64,000 nt of DNA from the NCBI GenBank assembly GCA_964016885.1, contig OZ024749.1, forward strand, positions 16,678,001 through 16,742,000, read 5' to 3'. The notes beneath the pieces were generated by a model that was not told the origin of the DNA, did no database searches, and saw only the letters and a program-made list of their open reading frames with translations. Shown here in pieces: positions 12,486 through 26,520 of the stretch (positions within the stretch are counted from its first letter, which is position 1; each line of letters opens with the position of its first letter). The translations under genes and the position numbers were made by a program. This DNA is from Eledone cirrhosa. Taxonomy: Eukaryota.

Positions 12486-13064
12486 TCACCCAAAATAGTG
12501 CCACAAATGTTGTTAATATTTTGAATAAAACTGTTTTACTAAGAAATTCTTCTTCTTTATTTTATTTGTAGAAGTTGTAACCAAGACGTGTGCTGACAAA
12601 ACTGTATTGTACAGAATTTACATACGCTATGTATACGTGAATGTATGTCTAGAAATTTGTGTCCATGTATATGTTTGTATATAAGTATGTGTATATCTGT
12701 GTTTGATTTATTTGTGTATGTATGTGTGTATATGTACGGCATCTTCATCAACATGAAAGGCTCTGCCTTTCTTTCACACTTACATAACATATCCTACAAA
12801 GCATGGTTGTTTCATTTCTCTCCAGTCTACATATCCTCTGCAGTCACAGCCCTTGTTTCGTTACCATTCATCATTGCACATCACCCACAGGCGTCATACA
12901 GTTGTCCTTTTGTACAGAGAGAGAAACCTTTTGTGGTCAACTGTTGCAGTAGCTCTCTAAACTTTTTCCATCCTATCCTTATTCTAGCTATTCATCTTTC
13001 AGAGCAGCCTCCTCCACTACTAATTAAGTCACCTCGATTGCAAAAGCTATCAACCACTTCTATG

Positions 13065-13390
13065 TATGTCTAATTACATATATAATTAAGCCTGACAATT
13101 TCACCACTAAAGATTTATCTCCCTTTTTGACAATATGAAACTCTCCTCTGTTTCGGGTGAAAATTGTTGGAGGAAAGAACTTCCTTTTAATATATTTGTC
13201 GGCATGCCATGTATATTTTATCCGCCTCCTCATGGAATGTTGTAAGGATGAGTATGTCATCTACATATCGGGTGATGAAGGTATGGGAATGGCAGGTGTT
13301 GAGGGCTCGGCATTCTAGCTGGCTCATATAGGTGATGGCCAGCAGGCCCGATAGGCTGGATCCCATGGGTAATCCACACATACTTACACC
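13065..13390 (-). mobile_element. Penelope-like element RT fragment
   Basis: GLPMGSSLSGLLAITYM..ITRYVDD. Confidence 0.8.
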
Positions 13391-13720
13391 TTCACGCATT
13401 CTCCCACACTTAAACAGGCATATACAAAAAAAAAACCTTTTAAAAGGAGACTACTCTTTATCCACCTAACCTTAACTCTTTGATATTAGAGATAGAACAG
13501 ATACTCTATACCATTTCCTGTCAGCATGACTTGGCAAGCAATTTAGAACACTGGTTTAACCGCTTTACTTCCCTCCGAAGAAGAGATATTATCTCAAAAA
13601 TTAAGGACATTTAAATAAATCTAAGGTACAAGACTAATTGTCAACAATATCTTTTGCATTTGCATTCTTTATTCTGTGTCAATACCTGCATTGTTTTGGC
13701 TTTATTATACATATACAAAC

Positions 13721-13764
<44 letters not shown>

Positions 13765-13864
13765 ATAATAATAAATTTGAAGGCTAAAATTCAAAGAGGG
13801 CTTGATAAGGATAAATATATGTCAGATATACAAGAACCAGAGAGCAAATATTTATTAAAAAAAT

Positions 13865-14930
13865 AAAATATTTATTAAGCAAAGAATCGCTGCTTTCATC
13901 CTTAACGGATTCTTCTTAAACTAAAAAAGTCAATCTGTGAACGCTGAAGTTAATATTTCAAAAAACGTTGCAACCGAAGGAAGACGATACTTTGGTTCCT
14001 GGAAACGTTCCCTGACAAAGAACGGGCAAAACAAAGATAATACGTCATTATGTGGTGCGGTGAGAACAATTACACGCAAAGACAAAACCACGTAAATGGT
14101 ATAACTGAAGTCGTAGACTAAAATTCTATTAGGAAAGCGAATGATTCTCGGCTTCAGAGTTAAAATTAAAGTAAATAAAATACAGAGGTAATTGAGATTA
14201 AATATTTACATACACGCATCCATATACATACGTACACAAGCATATGCGAAAACACTCGCCATGGGTATGCAAATACAAGCACGTACACAAAAAGAAAACA
14301 AAAAAAAACACGCGCAGGCACATACAGAACCCACGCAACGCCTGTACCCGCACACATACGAATGTATACACTAAATACACATAAAAAAAAATATATATAT
14401 ATGTGTGTCTGCGTGTATACATAATATATATAAATAAATCTTCGTATTATTTTCGTTTTTTCCGTTCATTGCCAGAGAACGTCTCCATGAACCACCTAAG
14501 AGAATATTAGTCTACGACTTCATTTATACCATAAACGTGGTTTTGTCTTTGCGTGTATTTGTTTTAACCACTCCAAATAATGACTATTATCTTCGTTTTT
14601 CCCCCGTTCTTTGCCAGGGAACATTTCCAAAGTATCGTCTTCCTGTCTTCCTTCGGTTGCAACGTTTTTTGAAATATTTACTTCTGCGTTCACAGATTGA
14701 CTTTTTTAGTTTCAGAAGATCCCGTTAAGGGTGAAAGCAGCGATTTTTGCTTAAATTTTAATCTGTTATTTTAATATATATATATATATGTGTGTGTATG
14801 TGTGTGAAGACCAAAATCCGGAGCGGGCTCGATAAGGATAATATATATATATATATATAAGCCGTAGACCAACTATTTATTAAAAGAGTTTCAGAAGATC
14901 CTGTAAAGGGCGAAAGCAACGATTCTTTGC
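13865..14930. repeat. Dispersed repeat as an inverted pair (13865-14130 minus, 14440-14755 plus); another copy at 29560-29960
   Basis: Shared block GTTGCAACGTTTTTTGAAATATT..CACAGATTGACTTT..TTCAGAAGATCCCGTTAAGGGTGAAAGCAGCGATT. Confidence 0.75.
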
Positions 14931-15479
14931 TTAAAGAGAGAGAGGAGAATAATATTTTGACGGTCTTCAAGTTTATTCCGAAGTCTGTACAAAAGATTGT
15001 ATAACTAAACTTTGGAGATTTTAAACAAAAAACTAAGTTGTAATGGATAATATCGCTACTATTTCTAGCAGTTAGAGATACTACGTAGAGGTTTTCTTAT
15101 TCATATATAATTGATATTTTACTGAGTGATACTTTCTGATTTAAATACGATTGGAACTGTGTCTGAATGTATTAAATTATATCAGGGACTTTTAACGTAC
15201 GACACCGTTACGAGAGTTGAAACATTCTCAACGATACCGAGTACCTGCTGTCTTCATTATAACTTTAATTAATCTAATTATATCTTGTGTAACAATCATA
15301 TATATATATATTTAGGAGAGATGGTCACCAATTTTAGAAGGCTGCGTTGTTTTACGATTTAGAGGGGAGTTCGTTTCCCTAGCTTGGCTGGTAGAACATC
15401 TCTTCTATTTGTTGTTAGGTGTAGGTAAACAATTAAGCAAAAAGAACATATCTCGAGATTATATGTACATGAGCATTTT

Positions 15480-15835
15480 AATCAGAGCAATAAACAAAAC
15501 AGGTTATATCAGTTGCTCCAAATATCCCGTGACCGCATGGTGTGATATCGCTGTTTCACCACAGTGAAACACGTCTGGTCGCATCAACACACCAACGAGC
15601 AACGATCGTTGCTGTACACTACGGCTTAATACGGGATGTTTGTTTACAAACACTCCGAGCATTATAATAAATGTTCGGTGAATCCATACGTACATATATA
15701 TATGTGTGCATGTATGTATATATATATACATACTACTGTATGTCTGTATACATATATGTATGTACGTGTACATACTTATATTTAAGTAACAGCCGTACTA
15801 AGAGTGGGAAATGAAATTTCGTTTCATTTTTCCTG
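15480..15835 (+). mobile_element. Divergent single copy (variant C) of the hammerhead/retrozyme-like structured repeat
   Basis: Shares the TTTA-loop hairpin, long TA-rich hairpin, closing stem TACGGCT/AGCCGTA and 3' GAAATGAAATTTCGTTTCATTTTT with 41.8-42.2 kb; ribozyme core degenerate. Confidence 0.65.
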
Positions 15836-15837
15836 TT

Positions 15838-15900
<63 letters not shown>

Positions 15901-16096
15901 TACACAAAGAGAAATGTGTTACACGGTGAGAAGTGTGTAAAGAATTATTACAAGTGATTTTACCGTTACTGTATAGGGAACAATATCTACAGGTAAGCAA
16001 TTAAATAGAAAACCAGATCAGAATCAAATCTCTGGATTGGAATTTTAAATCACAAACCTTATAACTATATTTTGCTGATACGAACCTAGCTTCGTT

Positions 16097-16305
16097 TCAC
16101 CACTTATATGTGTCACCACTTATATGTGTCACCACCTATATGTGTCACCACTTATATGTGTCACCACTTATATGTGTCACCACCTATATGTGTCACCACT
16201 TATATGTGTCACCACTTATATGTGTCACCACCTATATGTGTCACCACTTATATGTGTCACCACTTATATGTGTCACCACCTATATGTGTCACCACTTATA
16301 TGTGT
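16097..16305. repeat. 16-bp minisatellite (CACCACYTATATGTGT)x~13
   Basis: Direct inspection; C variant recurs every third unit (48-bp higher-order repeat). Confidence 0.95.
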
Positions 16306-16480
16306 AGTATAACAGTCAACATGGATCATCAGTCAGCAAAATGTGAGACTGAACACTGCACATCTACGGTAGATATAAGTGGTTTCGCAGTTCTTCTGCT
16401 TTTCAAAAGTAGAGTTGAGATGGAGGGTCTGTGGTTTTTCTCACATCTGGTTGGTCTCTGAATGTTACTTGTTTTATATG

Positions 16481-16720
<240 letters not shown>

Positions 16721-17149
16721 TATATACAAACATAAATTATCGAGATTCGCATTTCGGCCCACGAAGTAACGAAAAACAACCTCCGAGATGTGCGGCAAGT
16801 GCTCAATGATTCAGATGAACCAGAGCTATAACAAACGTTAAAGGCCAAACACACCGAGACGATGGTTAAACAATCATTCGCATAGCCAAAAAAAAACGAT
16901 GAAGTAATTCGGGTATTGAAATTTTACCTGGACCCCTGGAAGGTTGGTAAAATTCAGTATATGGGTTTCTGCGGCTCCTAAATCAAGTACCGTCCGCTTA
17001 CTTAAATAATGTCAGGCTTCTGGTAAGATGATTGAACAAGGAAGCCACTTTCTCAACAGGTTTTAGTTCAATGTTAATACAAGGACTGACTATTGCTGAC
17101 CCCACGTGGGGATCGGCAAGGGAGGCAACCCCTATATCAGGCGAATGAA

Positions 17150-18780
17150 TTCAGTTGTGTATATTTCTCTTGTGTTAGTGATGTGGGGTTGCATTGCCTG
17201 GATGTAGTTTGGCAGACTGTCAACCGACATTCTGCCAGACTTGTCGGTTGGAAAGCATGCTATCTCTCCATTACGCGAGCGCTGCATGAGCTTACGCAAG
17301 CCATTTGCAGATTTTTCTCCCAGTTGCTGGGCCACCATTCTATTATGCTTCTTGCTATACTGTTCTATAATATTTCTAAGTTTATATCTAGCTATACTAA
17401 ATTGTGCTTCTGTTTGTTCATCGACCTGCGACGGCAATTGCGTGCGTTTGTTAAAAACTAAAGTCGTGGCGTGGACTCGTCGCAGGTCAAACGACTTATC
17501 GGAAGGATTATAAAAAGTAGAGTTCCAGGCTGCTGCTTTATGTGTACTAGTGCTATTGTTATTGTTAGTTGTGTTGTTTCTATTTCTATTTCCACCAACA
17601 GCCTCATGGTTGTTTCTGTCTCTCATTATTACTCCTGTCTCTTTCCTCTGGCTCATTGTTATTATCTACTCTATTTTGTGTGTCTGTGTGTTCGTCTTGG
17701 TTATTTTCTCTGTCCATAGTCTCCCTTCTCCTTTCAATCCTATTACCTTCCCTTATTTCTGTGCTACTGCCATTACTTGTTTTCTGTGTCTGTGTGTTTG
17801 TTAAGATTGTGGTGGTGGTGAGAGGCATTGAATGTGTGTGTGTGTTGTTGTTGTTGTTGTTGTCTCCGTGTGTGTTATTATTGTTGTGTGTGTTGTTATT
17901 GTTTGTGTCTGCGTGTCTGTTGTTGTTGTTTCTGAGTATGTTATTATTGTTGATGTGTGTGTTGTTGTTATTGTTGTTTGTGTCTGTTGTTGTTGGGATG
18001 TGCGTTGTATATGTGTGGCGTATGTTGTTACTTTTGTTTTTGTTTTTGAGGCTCCAACGTAATTTTGTAAATGATTTTTCTATTTCTGACAAACACCTAA
18101 TCATATTTACCTTTTTGAATGTCGCATACTTAGGTGGTAGTTGTAATGCAGATAATTCATCAGAGTCGACCGTAGTGTTGCCGTATATATTTGTGTTGTT
18201 GTTGTTGAACTCATCTGTTAATGAGATGTCGGCCATATTTATACCGTCAATTTTGTCGGGATATCTATTGGTATTCTCTAAAGTATCTTGATTTAGTTTT
18301 ATCTGTTTAAGCCACTTTAGTTTCTTGTTAAAGTGCTTATCACATTCTTGAACAATGTACTGTTCTTCAGGACGTATAAGGTTTATAAATATAAGTTTTT
18401 CTCTTGGTGTGGTGATCTTAGTTATTTCTTGTATTAGGTTACGCTTATGTTTTTCTTGATGACTTAATTCTCTATAGATCTTCTTTTTTATGTTTAGAAT
18501 TAGTGTTCGTTTTAGCCTATCTGATTGCTTTTTGGTAAGCTGTAATTTTCTTACATCGGTGTTGATGGTGTTGGTGTAAACTCGGGACGAGGCACATTGT
18601 TTTATGAAGTGTAGTTATCGAGATGTTATTGTTTTTCCTAGAGAACAGAACATGGTGGTTTTCATTATCTTGTTAGCCTGGCTAAGGCTTACGATATTTC
18701 GTTTCTGAATTTGTTTAGCAAGATTCTTTATCTGAAAACGTGTGTTGAAACCGATATTGTTATACTTTGGGAGGGTCATG
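17150..18780 (-). mobile_element. Penelope-like element, N-terminal ORF region (degraded)
   Basis: LSALQLPPKYA..IEKSFTKLRW and PTDKSGRMSV motifs; ORF starts MTLPKYNNI. Confidence 0.75.
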
Positions 18781-19162
18781 TTGCCAATAAGAAACACACG
18801 CACCAGTTGCTTTCACTTAAATTTATTATAATAAATTTATAAATTTAGGAATTTATAAATTTCCGGTTGGTTGGTTGGTTCCACAACCAGATGGTTGTTT
18901 ATATATTGTCAAAGTTCTTTCGTCACACATTCTGTGACCTCTTCAGTGACTGGGGATTCTTTTCTTTGTTTTTGTGCCTCTCCTTTTTTCTGTCCTACGC
19001 CATCTTGTTTCTGTGTGATAGGAACAATCGTCTGGTTTTGGAACCAACCAACAAACCGGAAATTTATAAATTTATAAATTTAATTTATAATAAATTGAAG
19101 TGAAAGGAACTGGTGCGTGTGTTTCTTATTGGCAACATGACCCTCCCAAAGTATAACAATAT
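18754..19162. repeat. Imperfect inverted repeat (~150-bp arms) ending ...CCCTCCCAAAGTATAACAATAT; related copies at 32875-33172 and 57178-57236
   Basis: Arms are reverse complements; left arm overlaps the PLE ORF start. Confidence 0.85.
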
Positions 19163-19189
19163 ATATATATATACTCCTCTATCAACTGG

Positions 19190-20450
19190 AAGAAATAAAC
19201 TGCGATATATCAAAGATTACCACAATAACTAGGGAGCCGAGGACAAGATATGCTGGACATTCCTACCCATGAATGGATGACCCGACGAGCTGGCTCCTGT
19301 GGTAGATACCTAAACATAGTAAGACCCTAATGGGATGACTGAAAATGACCTACATAGATCAGATGTCTAGGGATGTTCAGGTAGGGATTAATGATCTCAA
19401 GAATGCCACGAAATAATAATATATATTAATGAACATTTATTATGGTGAAATATGTTAGAAATTATTCTCAGGTTTTGTATCGTAATCCACAAATACACCC
19501 TGTAGAAAGTTCTACTTCATGTTATTTGTCATTAAGGTTTCTTATAGAGACGCAATCTTATTTTATTGCTGTGGGTGGTGGTTTGGTAGAATTAGTAGAG
19601 CATCAAACAACATGCTTTGTGTCATATAGTTACAGCCCTTTATGTTCTTTGTTTAAATCCTGCCAAGGTCAACTTTGCCTTTCATCCTTACAGGGTGGAT
19701 GAAATAAAGTACCAGTAATGCACTGGGGTTCCATTCCCCTTTCCTTCAAATAGCCAGCCTTGTGTCAAAAGTAGAAACAATTATCTAATGTCTATGTATG
19801 TAACAATGTATATAATGCTTTCTGCCATATGTGTTCTGGTTCTCTGCTCTCTGAGTTTAAATCCTGCTGAAGTCAACTTTGTCTTTTGTCCATTCAAGGT
19901 TGACAAAAAACAATACCAGTCTATCACTGGGGTCTGTTCTTCCCCTCTATATTTCTTTCTTCTTCTCTGGAAGAAATCAACTATTCTAACCTGGAGAGTA
20001 AAGGGCTCCACCAAACTTCAAATAGCCACAGTGACACCCCTATGACTACATCAGACAAAATAAAAGAATTATGTGTTTATTTTATAATACCTAACTGGTT
20101 TATGTTTATATTTGTGACAAAATATCCACATTTATGTGAAAATAAAAACAATTTTATAACTTTAACCCTTTAGTAACCACAGTATTCTATATATACTATT
20201 ATATTTTAATGGTAAATGCTTTATCTCACATAATTATCTCACATAATATCGAATCTATGAGATTTTGAAAGTATTTATTTTGAGAACAATACCATAACAT
20301 CAGTATGAGTGACCAGTTTCAACAGAAAGAGGTAGAGAATTCTGGCCGGTTTGAACATTAAAGGGTTATTATTTATTGGATGGTACTTTCATCACAGTTA
20401 ATATTATGACTTTGTTTAGAAATAATTCATATTTAAAAATGCTTTAAATA
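19190..20450 (+). repeat. Third copy of the ZNF 3' flank (paralogous to 23010-24350 and 28100-29230)
   Basis: Same order: RTE 3'-end remnant, decayed finger, SINEs, AATAAA block. Confidence 0.85.
20166..20365. mobile_element. piggyBac-type MITE (~200 bp)
   Basis: TTAA|CCCTTT...AAAGGG|TTAT; paralogous copies (~24267, ~29146) have an empty TTAA site. Confidence 0.75.
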
Positions 20451-20569
20451 TGTGGAGTGGATGTTGCAGTGGGTGTCTCTGGTTATTCTCTGTGGTAACA
20501 CCTTTGCCATTTTGTCTGTATGGTGGGGCTGAGTTACAGCTCACACAGGAGTATAGAGTCTGTCCCTTT

Positions 20570-21030
20570 CCCATTAGGTGGATTGGCAGTGTGAGTAGAG
20601 GGTCGGACGCCATGCTTTGCAGCATAGAGTCACGTCCCTTTAAGGTCAGAGTTCAAATCCTGCCGAGATTAACTTTGCCTTTCATCCTTACTGGGTCTAA
20701 CTTGGATGAAACTGCCTTTCATTCAATAGCTGTCATTCAATAGAAACAATTATTTTAGTTGCTTCATTCGTATTCATTTTTCGTTCTTTACATTTCTAGT
20801 TTATTACCTTTAATATTGTGTTTTGTTTTAATATGAACAGTTATGTAACATTAATAATTGTTTCTATTTTAGGCACAAGGCCAGCAATTACACTGTACAT
20901 TACTGGTACTTAATTTTATCGACCCCGTAAAGATGAAAGGCAAAGTTAACCTCGGCGGGATTTGAACTCAGATCATAAAGAGCTTCAAAGCATGGTGTCC
21001 GACTCTCTACCGATACTGCCAATCCACCGT
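20570..21030. mobile_element. Two SINE copies in opposite orientation (~20570-20700 plus, ~20860-21030 minus)
   Basis: B-box and SINE core on both strands. Confidence 0.8.
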
Positions 21031-21989
21031 AACATTAATAATGTTATTTATTGTTACCATATTGATTGAACGTGACATAACGGAAGTTGTTTCTGAATGT
21101 ATTAAATTATGTAGGGGACTTTTAAGTCATGACACCGGTGTCAACTAGACGGTGGAAAGGTATATCCACATTTATGTTTAACAAAATACTTCTTTACATT
21201 TCCATTTCTTAAATATGTTATTACCTTTAATATTGTGTTTTGTTTTAATATGAACAGTTATGTAAAATTAATAATGTTATTTATAGAAAACTTAAACCTC
21301 ATCTAATTTCATCTTTTATGGTGATTATTTCATATTAAGGTGAACGTTAATGTTTGTAAATAACATAAGGTGACTTATTTACCTTATAGTTGTTGTTTTA
21401 TCACCTGTATTATTAAATATTGAAGTGGTTGTTCAACATTTTACAGGACAGGAAAATATTATTTTAATCAGAAATCAGTGAATATTTAGTTTTTACTAAC
21501 TTTTCTTGACTTTATATTTGGTCTTGAAAACTAAAGTACGTATTATTTCTTTTTCCATCACATCACAAACATTGTGAACTTTTTTACTATCTGAATTGAA
21601 ATATCTTGATTTATTACAACACCTACACACATATTTCTACACACACACACGTCTATTTCTTTCTCTCATACTTACACACTGTATGTCTGTATATATATAT
21701 ATGTATATATATTAACCTTCAACTTTTGTAATTATGGATATTAATTCTCTTGTCACCTGAACCTTAAATTACGAAGACTGATTCGTCTGTTTTATGAGCT
21801 GAGGATTTTATTGTGAATAGAGCTCTCACCTTAACAAAAATAAAAAATACACACACATATATATATGTAAGCACTTGCCTTTTCTTCTTCCAAGATCAGT
21901 CTTACGCTTTCATACATCTTATTACTTTACCAACTGAATGCTACATTTCTTAATATATGAGTGGAAGTGGTGAGATTCCTTTATGAAAT

Positions 21990-22832
21990 ATGTCTGAATA
22001 TAGCTGTGAGATTTGCAGGAAAACTTTCTCTTCAAAACTGAAACTATCCTCACACCAGAAAATACACAGAGAAAAAGCCTTCCACTGTGAAATATGTGGG
22101 AAATCTTTCACTAATAATTCTGCTCTTGTCGTCCACATACGGAGTCACACTGGAGAAAAACCCTTCCACTGTGAAATATGTGGGAAATCTTTTACTCAGA
22201 AGTACATTCTTGTAGAACACAAAAGAAAGCACACAGGAGAAAAACCTTATTCATGTGAAATATGTGGGAAATCTTTTTCTCAGAGTTCTCATCTTGAACG
22301 TCACAAAAGAACACATACTGGTGAATTACCTTATTCATGTGAAATATGTGGGAAATCTTTTTCTCAGAGTTCTCATCTTGAACGTCACAAAAGAACACAT
22401 ACTGGTGAATTACCTTATTCATGTGAAATATGTGGGAAATCTTTTTCTCAGAGTTCTCATCTTGTACAACACAAAAGAATACACACTGGTGAAAAACCCT
22501 TCCATTGTGAAATATGTTGTAAATCTTTTTCTAATAGTTCTCATCTTGTAAAACACAAAAGAATACACAATGGTGAAAATATTTATTCATGTGAAATATG
22601 TGGTAAATCTTTTTCTCAGAGTTCTCATCTTGTACAACACAAAAGAACACATACTGGTGAAAAACCTTATTCATGTGAAATATGTGGGAAATCTTTTTCT
22701 CATAGTTCTAATCTTGAACGTCACAAAAGAATACACACTGGTGAAAAACCTTATTCATGTGAAGTATGTGGTAAATCTTTCACTCGGAATTCGTCACTGG
22801 TTGTTCACCTACGTAGTCAACACTTGCGGTAA
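21990..22832 (+). CDS. C2H2 zinc-finger protein, 10 fingers
   Basis: Intact 280-aa ORF of [15 protein letters not shown] repeats. Confidence 0.93.
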   Translation: MSEYSCEICRKTFSSKLKLSSHQKIHREKAFHCEICGKSFTNNSALVVHIRSHTGEKPFHCEICGKSFTQKYILVEHKRKHTGEKPYSCEICGKSFSQSSHLERHKRTHTGELPYSCEICGKSFSQSSHLERHKRTHTGELPYSCEICGKSFSQSSHLVQHKRIHTGEKPFHCEICCKSFSNSSHLVKHKRIHNGENIYSCEICGKSFSQSSHLVQHKRTHTGEKPYSCEICGKSFSHSSNLERHKRIHTGEKPYSCEVCGKSFTRNSSLVVHLRSQHLR

Positions 22833-24899
22833 ACCACATCACTGTGAAATATGAAAAACACAAATATATAGACACACTTTGGAAGGCAGAATATAAAATG
22901 TGAAGCTTGAGAAATCTTATACATCTCAACATATGTTGTGTGTGTGTATATATATATTTTTTATTATTTTTATTTTTTAATACATTACTCAAAGGGAAGA
23001 AATATACTGACATATATAACTAGGGAGCGGAGGACAAGATATGCTGGACATTGCTACTGAGGGTAGGATGAGCTAGCTATTGTTGTAGATACCTAAACAT
23101 TGTAAGACCCTAATGGGATGACTGAGATTAACCTACATAGATCAGATGTCTCAGGATGTCCAGCTGGAGATTAACGATCTCAGGAATGCCATGGAAGATC
23201 GTGACATCTAAAAAAGAAGAGTAGAATTGTTCTGGCCAATCCACCTCACCTAATAAATCTAAACTATAATAAAGTAATCAGTGCGGGACTGCGTACAGTT
23301 TATAATTTATCGCATTAGTAAAATAAGTTGCATTACTTTGAATAAATAATGAATGAATATTACACAATTTATCTACTAAATTCCGTGGCTGTTGATTAAA
23401 TATATTTTGTTTATTTAAAGATTCACTTTAAAATTTCTGAAATGTGAACACATTCGGTTGGCCATCGCTTAAATAAACATTCAAATATTTCCGTCACTAA
23501 TTTTCTCCTAATGCAGTTTATATATAATATCGTCTTTTTTAATGTATCATGGATTATGTTTCTGATTAAATAAGACAGTGTAACGCAGTCTTCGTTCAAT
23601 TTCTATGTATTATATATTGTCAATTATGATTTTATTTGATGTATCATATCTACATGTATATATACCTGCATATAATATAAATATGCACACTACACATGCT
23701 AGCAGAGAATAATAATAATAATAATATATATTGATGAACATTTATTATGGTGAAATATGTTGGAAATCATTCTCAGAGGTTTTGTATTGTAATTAACAAA
23801 TACACCCTGTAGAAAGTACCTCTTCATATTATTTGTCATTAACGGCTCTTACAGAGACACAATCTCATTTCATTGTTGAGGGTGGTGGATTTGCAGAATC
23901 AGTAGAGTGTCAGGCGATATGCTTTGTGTCATAAAGTCCTTTATGTTGTGGTTTTAAATCATGCCATGGTCAACTTTGACATTCATCCATTCAAGGTTGA
24001 TAAAAAACAGTAAGTCTGTCACTGGGGTCTATTTTTCTATCTCACTTCCTTTCTCTCTCCTTCTCTGGAAGAAATCAACTGTTCAAACCTGGAGAGTGAA
24101 GGGCTCCACCAAGCTTCAAATGTCCACAGTGACACTCTTATGACTACATCATTTAAAAAAAAAACATTGATGTGTTTGTATGTGTTTATTTTGTAAACCT
24201 TAACTGGTTTATATTTATATTTATGACAAAATATCCACATGTGTAAATAAAAACAATTGCATAACTTTAATATTTGTTGGATGGTACTTTCATGACATAT
24301 CAAATTTTGACTTTTTAAAAAAATAATTCACATTTGAAAATACTTTACAACTTTCTTCTCTTTTTCTTCACCCATTGCTGAGGGGGTTGTAGGGGTTAGA
24401 CTCCTCACACACCCCTTCTACGTCCTATGTTTGTAAAATTTCCTCTTTACACTACACATCACCCTGCACACACACACCACAATATATACATCATGCCACA
24501 CCACATACCATACCACACCACACCACGTTATACCACACCACAACACATTATACCACACCACAACACACCATATACCACACCACAACACATACAAACCAGG
24601 TAGTTATACCAACCCAGTAACTTGATTTTAGTGATTTTTTTTGTAATAAATCTCAACATCTCAGTTCTTACCAAGTGGAGTGGAACTCATCAGATTGGAC
24701 CAAGGAAATAATGTTTCCATTGGTCTTTCCAATTCATGATATTGAATCGGATTATAAAGAGAGAAAAAAAAAATAGAGAATATATTTATTTAAAAGCCAT
24801 TGACCTGCACTTCGGTCAAGAAGGCCATTGGAACATCACTCACAGAATCTGATACAGCAGCCAGCTTGACAGCCGATATAGGTAGCACCAACAATTATC

Positions 24900-25145
24900 A
24901 CTACCATTAACAAGAGGAAGGCAGCAACAGCAGTGGTGACATTAACAACAACAACATATATGTGTATACACCAACATCTTACCAGCAAACACTACCATTA
25001 ACAAGAGGAAGCCAACTCCAGCATCAGTGACATTAACAACAACAACATATATGTGTATACACCAACAACTTACCAGCAATCACTACCAATACCATTAACA
25101 AGAGGAAGCCAACTCCAGCATCAGTGACAATAACAACAATACATG
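24900..25145. repeat. ~90-bp tandem repeat, ~3 copies
   Basis: CTACCATTAACAAGAGGAAG..CAGTGACATTAACAACAACAACATATATGTG repeated. Confidence 0.8.
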
Positions 25146-26339
25146 TTTTCAGGACTCACCTTTAGCCACAAGGTTCTATGAGAAACTGCTAACATGCTCG
25201 CATGTGTGCGTGCTGAACTCTGGGTCTTTCCGCTGGGAACAACCCCCTGTTTTCTTTTTTGTATATTCATCCATTCATTCATTTATTTATTTGCTAACAT
25301 TCTACCTTCTTGTGCCCCCCCCCCTCCATGCATCCCTTTCTTTTCTCTCTTGTCTTCTGATGCCTCCATATCTGATGTAGGTGAGCTATAAGGCCCTCTT
25401 ATCAGCATTTTCCCTTCTACCCACACAGTTGTACCTAGCACCTAGGCTGGTGACAACCAGCCACTCACCCCTGATGCCGCTTGGTGCCCCCCCCCCCAAC
25501 AAAAATTCTCCATCCCCTGCAGTCGACACCACGAATAGACGGGAGAGGGGCCGGAACTGATGGGTGCGGCTGCTTCCACCACCTCACCTGTGTTGGCTTG
25601 ACGCGTCAAACCTCCAGTGCCCTCGCAGCGTGGAGAAGCTGAAACTGTCTCTTCACCTCGTCTGCCCAACCACGGCCATCTAGCACACGACCAGATGAGA
25701 CAACGAGCTTGTCTGACGCCCAAGCCTCATTGGTCAACATCGCTTGGCTCAGGCGGCACCGGAAGATCCCACTCAGGATACCAAGAGCAACCCGGGTGCC
25801 GGTAGCCGATGCCCTCGCTTCCTCTTTTAAAATGATTATTTCATATTAAGGTGAACGTTAATGTTTATAAATAACATCAGGTGACTTATTTACCTTATAG
25901 TTGTTGTTTTATCATCTGTATTATTAAATATTGAAGTGGTTGTTCAACATTTTACGGGACCGGAAAATAAATATTATTTTAATCAAAAAAGTTAGACATT
26001 TGAGAGAGATTCTGTTGAGGTCCCCTCGTTATAGTATTAGAGAGGGGTACACAGATTGATTGAGTGTTAAATACAGTGTGTGAGTGTAAGATACACGAAT
26101 GAAATGCTAGATGTAGTGTGTAGTGCTCGATAATATGAGTGAAGTGTTAGATACAGAGTGTAGTGTGTGAGTGTTAGATGCATGAATAAAATGCTAGATT
26201 TAAGAATGTAATGAGTGATATAATGGAGGGTGCTAGATATAGTATGTAAGTGGCTTGACGATTTAGTGTGTAAGTGTGAAATGAAGGCTAAATATAGAAT
26301 GTGTAGAGTGAGTATTAGATATAGAGTACATAGTGATTG

Positions 26340-26520
26340 AGTGTTAGATATAGTGTGTGTATAGTGAGAGAGTGTTAAATATAGTGTGTGTGTAGTGAGA
26401 GAGTGTTAAATATAGTGTGTGTAGTGAGAGAGTGTTAAATATAGTGTGTGTGTAGTGAGAGAGTGTTAGATATAGTGTGTGTAGTGAGAGAGTGTTAGAT
26501 ATAGTGTGTGTAGTGAGTGC
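26340..26520. repeat. ~30-bp minisatellite
   Basis: GAGAGTGTTARATATAGTGTGTGTAGTGA repeats. Confidence 0.85.

Noticed and set aside
25440-25815. GC-rich island, possible retroelement integrase fragment (HGHLAHDQMRQRA)
   Set aside because: Too short and degenerate to assign without a homology search
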